A DNA stretch of 64,000 bases from Octopus vulgaris. Lineage: Eukaryota. Position 1 is the stretch's first letter, and the number at the start of each line of letters is the position of its first letter. Positions 52,988-64,000 of the stretch are shown in pieces. The stretch is taken from contig OX597827.1 in the NCBI GenBank assembly GCA_951406725.2, forward strand, positions 79,546,001 to 79,610,000, written 5' to 3'. The notes beneath the pieces are model-generated. The model ran no database searches and had not been told where the DNA came from. It worked only from the letters and a program-made list of their open reading frames with translations. The position numbers and the translations under genes were made by a program.

Positions 52988-53140
52988 ACTTACCTTCATT
53001 GTTTAATCCATTGTTTCTATAATATAAGATCAGAGATGTGCATCCTGGTGTAGCATTCTGGTGTTAAAACTGCTATTATAGTATGACTAGCGCTGTATAT
53101 CGATGAACTGCAGTTGTGAGTCAGATGACAGGAAGTAGAA
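52988..53140 (-). promoter_or_regulatory. Putative promoter and non-coding first exon of gene E (diverged copy)
   Basis: TGACTCA at 53117-53123; GGATTAAACAATG...GTAAGTC donor block (donor at 52993) shared with the gene A copy. Confidence 0.55.
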
Positions 53141-54580
53141 CCTTTATTTGGGAATTTGTGTTTTAACTTTGTAATTGTATATATATATGTGTATTTGTAC
53201 GTCTGCACTGTATGTGTTGGAGTGTGGAAGAGTTTTCTTTGTTTTTCAGTGCCTTTTGGTTATGGAATTTAATACATCTATTCATTATACTTAATTATCT
53301 TAATAATTTGTTTCTCTCTGTATATGTGTACAACACACACACACATGCAGTATTTTGATAGAATAACAAATCTGTCACCAAATTCTTTTAGACATTTAAT
53401 GTTATGAAATAAAATAATTACATGATAATAAACATATATAAATTTAATTTATCAATTCAATTTTTTAAATTTATGATTCAAATTGTATTTTTTAATTGTA
53501 ATGGTTTTATTTTATATAAAATTTTCCAAAATCATATTAGAAACAAAAAACAATGATTTTAAAATCATATTATAATTCTTTTTATTGTGAGGAAATTTAT
53601 GAAAATGTTTTTTGTATATCAAGATTAGCTGTATTTCAGAATGCCTTTGTTCATGTAATGTATGTGAACATGTTCATGAACACACACACACTTCCTACAT
53701 GATAGTATATCTATTGTTGACAGTCATATCTATTTTTCCATTAAAGTGTATAAAATAAAATAATGTGGTTGTTTATCATCCAGTAAATTCTCTAATATAC
53801 ATTCATAAATTTGCTACTAAAATTTTACTTTATTAACGCATTTTGTATGGCTTCAATTTCAAATATTTTTATTACAATTTTTCACTACACGAAAAGCTGA
53901 ACAAGCATTTTCTCAAATATAGATGGGTAAAGATGCCTCAGACAGTCCAAGTGGAAGGAACCTGTAAGAGGAGAAGACCCAGGAAATAATGGAAAGCGGT
54001 GGGGGGAAGCAGATCTTAGGGAGTTGACTGCCATGAAGGAAATGACAAAGGATAAAATGTGATGATGTTGATTTGGCTCCTATCAATTTGAGAGAGAGAA
54101 AGAGATGTTGGCTAATGAGTAGCCACAAGCTGTCACTTTTTGTATGAGACTTTTGGATTTCTGTTTGAAATACATTCTAAATACTTTTCATTTAACCATA
54201 AACTTGATGTTTAGAAGGTGAGGGAAAATTGATTTATTGACATTGTCAAAAAGATATGGCTACTACTAGGAATTTAAGCCAAATCTCTCATTTTATTTTA
54301 CAAAATATAAATTGCATTGTTAAATATTTATCAGTGTAACACCTATATAGATTTTTGTTGTTTTTGATTATAACAAAAAGCTTCAGTAAAACTCTCAATA
54401 GTTTTATGATTTTCATTATAATTAAAAGGATTTTTCTTTATAGAAATCTTCCAAAAAAAACCCAAGAAACAAAAAGCTTCAATACATTTAAAGTAGTGTT
54501 TAATATAATGTCATAATTAAATTATATTAAATTATTTTCTAAGTGGTTCTGTAATTAATGAAAAGTAAACATGATGTATG

Positions 54581-54660
54581 TTAAACCGGTGCTAGATAGG
54601 TTTCTTGTTCATATTCGCTCTTTGCTGTTGGAGGTATGTTTGGGTGATAGTTACTGTACT
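54581..54660 (-). CDS. Pcdh: Gene F terminal coding exon (EYSNYHPNIPPTAKSEYEQETYLAPV*)
   Basis: ttttcag acceptor, 80 nt ending in TAA. Confidence 0.85.
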
Positions 54661-54950
54661 CTGAAAATATATATAAACAAAACTTAGACTAGTTTTGAAA
54701 TATATTGTTGATTTCTGAATTGAAAATATTTCATATTTTGTTATGCCTTTTTTTTCCTGTGGAACTGATAGTTCATCCACTAATATATTTTTTAAAAATT
54801 AAGTAATAATTTTTTTCTGTGGAAATGATAGTTTATGGACCAATATATATTTTTTAAATTAAGTAATAATTTTTTTCCATTACATTTATTTTAGGTTAAT
54901 TAAAAAACTTCTGATAGTAATTTGAAGCTACTGATTCATTTTGTAATTAC

Positions 54951-55101
54951 CTGATACTCCAGACGTCTGTTGTGTAATATCTCCTTCACTCCATCCTCGA
55001 TTTCGTTCTTTTTGAGAAGTTAGAGTAGTATTTAAGTTGTTTGATGTACCATTATAACATTTTTGTTCACCTGAACTCTCTGTTATGTCTTTAGTGTAAT
55101 T
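54951..55101 (-). CDS. Pcdh: Gene F cytoplasmic exon 1 (NYTKDITESSGEQKCYNGTSNNLNTTLTSQKERNRGWSEGDITQQTSGVS)
   Basis: 151 nt, phase 0/1, keeps the TSNNL and RGWSEGDI motifs; aag acceptor, gtaatt donor. Confidence 0.82.
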
Positions 55102-55502
55102 CTTTCAGAAAAAAGATAAATGGGAAACTTACTTTGCACATGTTACATACAGTTAAAAAATCCAATTTCTGATAAAAAGGGGTGGAAATAATCTTGCTTT
55201 AATTCCTTATAACTGATAGTTAAACTGAATTAAAAGTTAAAAGTTAGAATTATAGTTAAAATTATAAGTTATAATTGAGATTGAGCTGACATTTATAAAT
55301 TATTACTTATAAAAAGAAAATATCAAAAGGCTGTTAATGGCAGCAGTGTAGCTATTTTACTTGCTTTATAATCAACGTAGCATGAATTAAATGATGCAAT
55401 CGGGTATATTTCCAGAAAATATTGGGTCAATTATATTACATATAACCTCAGTTACTAAAGTTACATGAAATAATAGAAAGGAAAAGTATCATAATTATTA
55501 TT

Positions 55503-55873
55503 AGCTGGCAGAATCGTTAGCATGCCAGGCGAAATGCTTAGTGGTTTTTGTCTGCCACTACATTCTGAGTTCAAATTCTGCCACGGTCGACTTTGCCTGT
55601 CAACCTTTTGGGGGTCAATTAAATAAGTACCAGTTACGCACTGGGGTCGATATAATAGACTTAATCCGTTTGTCCTCTCTGTGTTTATCCCCTTGTGGGT
55701 GGTAAAGAAATAGGTATTTTGTCTGCTGCTAGGTTCTGAGTTCAAATTCCACCAAGGTCAACTTTGCCTTTCATCCTTTCGAGGTTGATAAATTAAGTAC
55801 CAACGAAATACTGGGATTGATGTAATCGACCAGTCCCCTCCCGCCAAATTTGAGGCCTTGTGCCTTTAATAGA

Positions 55874-55934
<61 letters not shown>

Positions 55935-56520
55935 GTAAGCTAGCAGAATCATTAGCATACTGGGCAAAATATTTAACTGCATTTCATCCATCTTTATGTT
56001 CTGAGTTCAAATACACTGAGGTTGTCTTTTTGGGATCAATAAAATAAGTACCAGTTGAGCATTGGCGTCAATGTAATTGGCTTAATCCTTCCCCTGAAAT
56101 TGCTGGCCTTGTGCCTAGCAGAATCCTTGAACATTAAACAAAATACCTTCCAACTCTTTACACAGGTTTCAAGAGAGGATTTTTATCAATACCTTCAACA
56201 TCACTATTTGATTGGTACTTTATTTTATCAATTCCAAAAGGATGAAGGGCAAAGTTGATCTCAGTGGAATTTGAAATCAGAATATGATGTGCTGTAACTA
56301 AATACCACAAAGCATTTTGTCCAATGCTCTAATGATTCTACCAATTCACTGCCCTCAGATAATAATAATGATTTATGATTTAGGTACACGGCCTGCAATT
56401 TTGAAAGAAGGGTGTTAGTCAATTGCATCAACCCCAAGACTTACTAGTACTTTATTCTATTGAATCCAAAAGGATAAACAGCAGAGTGTACCATGTTAGG
56501 ATATGAACTCAGAATGTAAA
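55503..56520. mobile_element. Cluster of about five SINE copies in both orientations, with (TAT)n at 55878-55933
   Basis: Plus-strand copies ~55503-55690, 55725-55870, 55938-56115; minus-strand copies ~56200-56355, 56380-56520. Confidence 0.78.
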
Positions 56521-56524
56521 GAGG

Positions 56525-56790
56525 GACAAGGTCGTTTTATCAGCAGGGAAGGGATCCAAAAGGCACTGTGTTTATTGACTATCTTCAAAGGGGCCACACC
56601 ATCAATGGAGAGAACTATGCCAACTTTCTGAGGCGTTTATGAAAGGCTATGAAAATTAAATGCTCAAGAAAACTGAATAAAGGATCTTGTTTCACCAGGA
56701 CAATGTTCCAGTACATAACTTCTTGGTTTCAATGGCTGCTATGCATGACTGTGGATTTGAAGAAGCTTTTCGCCCTCCCTATTCTCAAGT
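56525..56790 (+). mobile_element. Mariner transposase internal fragment
   Basis: Decayed IDYLQRGHTINGE.YA..., FHQDNVPVH..., PPYS. Confidence 0.7.
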
Positions 56791-57215
56791 AGGACCATGC
56801 AACACCAATGGAAGACTAGTGTGAACTGCAAGGGGTTGATGAGAGTATCTTGAGCAGCCTATGAATGATTCAGCCGACCCTCATATATTTTCAAATACTT
56901 GCAAATGCTTTTTGCATTTTATTCCAAATGGTTTCTATTATTATTTTTCTATGATATATAATAAGAATTACATAAGGAATTTCATTCTGGTTATTCACTT
57001 ACTGCTAAATTCTGATGTTCTTTATGAAATCTATCCCAATAATGAAACACAAATATCTACTCATCACAATTATAACCATGTTGAAAACTTCAGAATTAAT
57101 GTATTTTCCCCATAATACATAACTATATATTCAATCCATTTCTTCTGTACACATGATATTTATATATGAAATTATGAACATATTTATAGATGTAAATAGA
57201 TTATATTTTACATAC

Positions 57216-59615
57216 CTGAGGAGTAGGTGGTAGCCTCCTGGGAGCTGTTGAGAATTTCCATTCATTTATTGGTTGTTCTGTCTCTGTATAATAAGGACTT
57301 TTGGGATTTATTGCTTGAAGATTTCTGGCAAATATGTCTTCTGCATTTCTAGTTATTGCAACAGGATTGTTAGTCTGATACAGTATTTGTCTCATCTCAG
57401 TCTGAGAGAGAAATTTTGGATTATCTGTTGGTGTAGGCGAGTTATTGAAGTGATTAATACATTTGAAAACACACATTGTTATTGACACTACAACAGCCAC
57501 AGATAGTATTACAGCTGCTGCTACAATGATAATTACCCAAGTCATATTCAGGTTGTTATCAGACTGTGAGTGGACAGCAGTCAACATTGGAGATGTATCA
57601 TTACTAACAAACAGTGTTAGTATGATAGCAGTTGTTGCTGATTGAACTGGAGTACCACCGTCTTTCACTATAAACTGCAGCTCATATGTTCCTGCATCAT
57701 TTTGGTAAACTGTGCGAGAGAAAGATAACACACCAGTGTGTGAGTTCACTGTAAACAGGTTTTTATCATTGGATCTCAGTATTCCATATGTGAGGAAAGC
57801 ATTGTTTCCAGTGTCTTTGTCAGATGCTTTCAGAATTGTGATGTCCTTCTTACTGTGTGGATGGTAGTGGACATCTAGATTGTAAGGGTCATTATTAGGA
57901 AAGATAAAATATGGAGCATTATCATTTTTATCTAGAATCTCAATAACAATGTTTGCAGTGTCATTGAGAGAAGGTGTTCCATTGTCTTTGACTAAAACCT
58001 GTAAATTGTAGATGTCTTTAACTTCTCGATCTATTGGTTGTGATGTAGAAATAAATCCATATTTTGTCAGTTGGAAAGGAATGTTATCATTGTTGTTATC
58101 ATTGATGATAGAATATGTAAGTTGGCCTCCATCTCCAAGATCAGGGTCTGTAGCATTGATGAAGCCAATAGGGAAGTCAACTTTCTGGTTTTCATAAGTG
58201 AGGAATTGGAATGTCTCTTTGGTAAAATGTGGTTCTACATCATTGACATCAGTTACTTTGACAGAGAACTGTTTCTTAGTCTTCAATGGAGGTGATCCCA
58301 TGTCATGACATACAATCGACACAACATAATGGTCTATAGTTTCTCTGTCAAGAGGTTCTTTCACCAATATTTTATATTCTTTTGAACCCATATTAGAAAG
58401 CTGGAACATTTTATGGTGAATATTACACTTAATTTGTCCATTAGGTCCACTGTCAGTGTCAGTGACCATAACATAAGCTATAAAACTACCAATTTGACTT
58501 GCTTCTGAAATAGCAGTAGAAGTTTTTGTTAGTGGAGACACAAAATCTATATTTATATTTGGGGCATTATTTTGATTGTTAATTACATTGATAATCAACA
58601 TTGCCATGGAGCTTAATGAAGGATTGCCTTCATCTCTGGCTTCAATATACAGTTGATATGTAAGTTCTTTACTTCTAAAGAAATTATTATTGGTGAATAT
58701 TTGTCCAGTGTTAGAATTTAATTTAAAATATTTTCTGGCATATTTATTTGTATTTCTATGTAAAAAGTAGTTAATATTTCCATTTTGACCAGAATCTAAA
58801 TCCGTTGCTGATAAAACAAAAACAGGAGAAGATTTGTGATGTGTATCACTGATGGAAATATTATATGATTTCTGAGTAAACATTGGTTGGTTATCATTGA
58901 CATCTGTAACTGAGATTTCTATCTTCAAAGAACCTTCTTTTTGTGGAGAGCCACCATCTTTAGCTACCAACAATACCGTATAAGTGTCTTTTAATTCTCT
59001 ATCTAACATTCCTTCTAGGGTTATTTTAAGTAAGTTTACTCCATCAAACCCTTTAAATATGGAGAGTGAGAATTTCTTACTTTTGTCTTTGAGTTTATAT
59101 GTGATGTTAGAATTAAGAAGGCCAATATCTTTATCAACAGCATTTGGTATTGATTTTGTTGATCCTTTTGCATCAGTTTCACCAAACTCTATTTTAATTT
59201 GATCTTTTAGAAACTCTGGTTGGTGATCATTGATGTCATCTATTAATATTTTAATTCTTAATATTTTCATAAATGTTTCTTTTTTCCTCACTGCTACTTT
59301 AACTATTCTGAAGCATTCTTTGTTGTATGTACACAGAGACTCAGCATCCAGTGTTTGAGTAGTGTAGAGTTTTCCTGAGTTGGTGACATTAAATAAGTGA
59401 GAACCACTCTCGACTGTCCTTTGTAGTTGTGTAAATGTAATGAGAGTGTGTTGTTGATGTGTGAGAGAGTTTGATAAGTTGGAGTCAGCAGCAATGTCTC
59501 CTATGTAGGTGTGAGGACTATCTTCTTCCTTGACATAATAACTGATATCCATGGGTACAACACAATATATCAGTCCATAAAGAAGGTAAATTTGTAGAAT
59601 TTCATTACATTTCAT
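57216..59615 (-). CDS. Pcdh: Protocadherin gene F, large exon
   Basis: ORF 57201..59615; donor CAG|GTATGT at 57216/57215; acceptor AG at 59651-59652. Confidence 0.95.
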
Positions 59616-59761
59616 CTTTATAATTCATTGTTATTCCTGGTTTCTTACATCTAAAAAGAAAAAAATGCAAAATTTCGTAGTCAAACATATACAGAAATAT
59701 TAATATGAAGAATATGGCACTTATCACAAATAAGTGAGGGTTTTTTTCTAAAGAGTTTATA

Positions 59762-60320
59762 TTGGGTTGTCTGAAAAGTTTGTGCTGATTTATAGTTGCT
59801 TACCTTTCCACTAATTTTGGAACATGGTTGAGTCCATAAAAAAGAATTTGACTACACATCCATTTAGAGCACAGTTTAAGCTATCTTTTCGTGGAAGAAG
59901 GTTTTGTTCCTATAACTTGTGTTAATTCTGTAACCCTTTAAAATGGAAGAAAGTTCCTTTTCAGCACTTGATGCTTTGGGAACCAGACAAAAATTGCTGC
60001 AGTTCAGCTGGGATGTGTGACTCCACCCTCCATATTCACCAGATATTGCTCCTTTGGATTTCCACTTATTCAGGTCTCTGCAGAATAGTCTTAATGGTAA
60101 AAATTTCAATTCCTTGGATGACGTAAAAAGATACCTTAGAAATTCTTTGCCATGAAACCACCTCAATTCTGGGAAGAGGGTATTATCAAGTTAAAGGAAA
60201 GATGGATACGCATTGGGCAACAAAATGGTTCATATTTGGTTGATTAAAGATGTAATGACAAGTATTTATTGACCTTTTTCTTTCCTTTAAAAATCGGCAT
60301 GAACTTTCCGGACAACCCAA
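59762..60320 (+). mobile_element. Internally deleted mariner element with ~30 bp TIRs and TA target duplication
   Basis: TA-TTGGGTTGTCTGAAAAGTT...AACTTTCCGGACAACCCAA-TA; retains HPPYSPDIAPLDFHLFRSLQNSL...LKERW. Confidence 0.9.
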
Positions 60321-61239
60321 TAATATTGTAAAAAGAAAGAAAGAAAGAATAAATAATTGAATAAATTGAACTCACAAGTTGAGGGTGAGGTCATCATACC
60401 AGAGATGAATCTGGAATAAGAGGAGGTTGCATGTAAGATCAAAATAGAAGGACGAGAGTAGAACAATTATCTTTTCATCCACTGAAACTGCTGAAGCGCA
60501 TGCTCTTTTTTCTTTTTCAATAGAGCATTAAAAATGGTTTTTAAATGATGTCATTGGTGATTTGTTTTTATTCAAACCATCAAGATGAATTTACTTAATG
60601 TCTCACTCCTTAAAAATTTCATTTTGGTTACTATAAGAGTATTATATATTTTAATCTTTATTTCCTCCTATAAATATGTTACATATACACTTGTAACAAG
60701 TGATGGGGCTTCTATATAGTCACTCAACCTGCTGAATTTATAATTAAATCTTCTTTATTAATTACCTAAATACAGACACCTCCTGCATAATGATTACCTC
60801 AGATTATAAGATTTCAGGCCTATGGAAATTGCAAAATATGGCAATGAATTCCAGGATGCAGTTTTAAATTTCAGTCTTACAGAAACTTGAATATATTTTG
60901 GTAATTCAAAAACCACTCTTTCTTCTTAGCCAAAAGGCTGCTGCTTTGTATTTAGCTAAGTGTTGATGATTTAAAACAATATAATCACAATACATAAGTA
61001 CACACACTAATATATTTTTAAAAATGCCTAAAGTTTGCATGGCCACTTGTCGATAAAGGAAGGTGAAGTTTCTAATGAAAAAACGTTTTCTGATTAGTAA
61101 CAGTTGCTTTGAAAATCTTAAGAAGAGCATGAATTTACACAACATAAAAATAACTGAAGCTGCTAGTGCTGTTATGGAGGATACTCTGTTTAATTATCAC
61201 AAGGATAAACGGTCAGCGTATTTGTAACTTTACAAGTTT

Positions 61240-61700
61240 TCAACAAGTAAAATGTCTACATCAAATACAAGAAGATAGTGTGACACTTGCAAACGATGTA
61301 GGTTTTGAAGAAGTTATAAAAGATGACATGGTTGAGTTCCACAGAGAAAATTTATCTAATAAGGAGCTGATGTTGTTAGAATAAGAGCAAGCAGAGAATC
61401 CACATAAGAATACAGAAGTTCCACCAAATCTTCTTAAATCGGCTACAAGGAATATTGCTGAAGGTTTAGCACTTAAGGAAGGTGTGCAAATTAATACTGA
61501 TAACAACCTTAACTGTAAATGCAACGTAAAATTTACAAATGGAATTTACAAAGAGCTCAGTTCTTACACTGTGGTGCACAGTCTCTTTGTACAGCTCAAG
61601 CATCAAAGAATTTTAGATGAATTCTTTGTCCCTCAAGTAGATGTTAATTATGATGAACTATAAGAGAGAAAATGGTTTCTCATTTCCTCCTAGTAACTCT
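61240..61700 (+). mobile_element. Possible pogo/Tigger-like C-terminal fragment
   Basis: VTLANDVGFEEV..DDMVE...LSNKELMLLE resembles Tigger acidic tails; recalled similarity only. Confidence 0.35.
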
Positions 61701-64000
61701 CATTACACCACCAGCTTTCATACAGTAAATCTTTCTTTGTTAATAGCATATACTATTATGGTACTACAGTTCTACTTTATTCTCTAACATATTTATTTCA
61801 AATGATTTTATGTATACATACTGCACTGAATGTTTTTAGAAATTGTTACTTTTATGCATAAAAGTGGACAGGGTGCTTGCCTTTTGATGTTATTTTGGAA
61901 TGAAATTAGGAATATTGATTAGAGTGATCAAAAGAAAAGTAAAAAATTTTATTTCAACTAAATATTATCCTTGACTTTCTGCATTGAGTTACTCAGCTCT
62001 AGGACTAACAAACCAACCATACTTGACTGTAGAGCTTCATCCACCTCTCATTTGGGGTTAGCCCTGTTTGAAGAGAAGAGGATGTTGCTTACCAGAGAAA
62101 CATGTATGATTGAAAGAAAGCATTCAGGAAAAAGATAAAGATCATTTACATAAATTGGAACCTCTAAAATGTTTGTATGATGCAGCCTTATCAAATTCAT
62201 TGTAGATTGAAGTTGTAGGGTCAGTAAAAGTCTACATTCTTGAGTAGACCTAAGAATATGCATTAACTTTAGAATTAAGAAATGATTCTTGGTTGTTAAC
62301 AAAGATAGCCTTGATGTTGCTCAATTCAGTCAATGTTTCTAGGAACTTGTTTGAGGTTTTCCAGCTTGAAAAGAAAGGTGGTAGTTAGGCTAGATTGGAG
62401 ACTGTCAGGGGAAGAGTATGTTGATAAGATAGGAACAATGATAGAAAGAAAATATTTAGTAAATAGATCTACCATAGCTTGATGCAAAAATGAATGGCTG
62501 AATATTCGAAGTTCATATTTCATACCATTCATTTGATGATATCTCCCACCAATGGAGTTACCTTGCTGAACTCTGGTGCCAGAAAGTATGCACTGATTTC
62601 CACAGAACTATTTCAGAAACAGTATTTATAAATTAAATTTACATTTCAATATACACATGAGAATTATATTTGTACTTCTTATATCAAGCTTCTCATATAC
62701 ATATTTCTCTTTCTTTTTCTACAAAAATGACAACTTATAAAACATATAAGACAAAATTGTTGTTCAAATCAGTCAATAGTGAAGGAACAGACTTAAAAGT
62801 CAGCAGTATTTCAGCTGTAATCATTAGTCTTTTTTGTGGGGGAGAGGGCAGTGCACCCAGTACCACATTATCAAATGTCCTTCTTGAAAGACAATAGGGC
62901 ACGGTTTAAAGTAGATTTAACTGCTATTTCTAGAAGGTCGAATGATTTAGTAAAGACTGCTTATTTAACTCGTAAATGCCACACGGTTTCCGCTAGGGAT
63001 GCCGGAGTTGCTTCCCTTTTAATCTTTCTCTACTCGCTGTATAGAATTGCATTATTCAAGTGCTATGAATTGTCTTTTAATCGATGTAACTTATATAATT
63101 GATTTCTGAAACTATACATATAATTTTGAAACGAAAGAGAGGACAATGATACATTTCTGTTTTGCTTTATCATCCTATGACTAATTATACAAATTCGGAG
63201 GAGAGAACATTTTGTTATAGTGATCTCAGTTTTTGAGTAGCATTTATTTTACCGGGACTTCAGAAAGTTGAAAAGGAAAGACGATTGGCATGGCAAGGTT
63301 TTTAAGTTAAATACTAAAATACAAGTTGTGTTATTTCACCTCTCTTTACCTGCTAATTATTAAAAACAATTTTGGTACTAAATTATAAATTTTCTCTTTT
63401 GTGGAAATGTGCCTTTGAGATTGTATAAAATAAACATATCCATTAAAGAGTTCTTGTCATCTTTGTTTGAGAAGAACTATATTTAGACGTAGAGGTGCAA
63501 ATTAGAAATTCATAGCATGTCTTCTGCTGTCCTGAGTATTGTTGTGGCTTCAGTAAAAACAATTAATGTGACATGGTGTGCAGAGGTATTTTTCCTTGAT
63601 GTTCTATTTCCTTCGTTTGTAGTTTTGTTTGTAAAAGAAGAGACATTGACGACCAGGAGAGAGTAATATATTTCATGATGTATGTCTTAAAATAGTGCTT
63701 CCTCCCTTATAATATACTTGTATGTACTCATGAAGGATATAAAACGTTGAAACGAACACAACAAAACAGCTTCCCAAACCTTTTAAAAGTTCCATTGAAT
63801 CACCACACTTGATAGGTTGTCTCTTTTGTCAATCTTAAAAGGATGAAAGGCAAAGTTGATTCCAGCAGTAAAAGGACTCAATGAGTCAGAACACCAAGAG
63901 GCACACTATCCAATGCTCTAATGAATTTACCAGTACCTCCCTCCCTCCCTCCATCCATCCATCCATCCATCTGTCTGTCTGTGTATGTACACACACACAC

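Noticed and set aside
54748-54878. ~58 bp tandem duplication in a gene F intron
   Set aside because: Two diverged AT-rich units with no spacer structure; ordinary local slippage, not an array such as CRISPR.
63882-63888. TGAGTCA as the promoter module of gene F
   Set aside because: It lies within a decayed SINE and lacks the CAGCAGTTACAC core and donor; the gene F first exon is probably beyond the window.

Overview
AT-rich animal genomic DNA, by inference a coleoid cephalopod (Octopus-like), based on the protocadherin type and repeat landscape. It contains six head-to-tail protocadherin genes on the minus strand, here called A-F from left to right. Each has one ~2.4 kb exon encoding a signal peptide, six cadherin repeats, a TM helix and a proximal tail. 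Reading the sequence adds structure the ORF track misses. (1) Each gene has two small cytoplasmic exons of its own (about 148 nt, then about 89 nt to the stop); those of gene A lie off the left edge. (2) A conserved non-coding first-exon/promoter module with an invariant TGACTCA site lies upstream of genes A-E. (3) A co-oriented RGAGTTRYYYCCCY motif occurs once in the first intron of every gene. EC4-EC6/TM are almost identical across paralogs while EC1-EC3 are mosaic, and genes A and B share about 6 kb including intron. Gene E has two +1 frameshifts that look like polishing artefacts. Introns hold CR1-like and RTE LINE fragments, a Penelope-like element, Tc1/mariner remnants, many tRNA-derived SINEs (one family carrying a minimal hammerhead ribozyme), hairpins and microsatellites. 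All calls come from manual reading; no searches were run.
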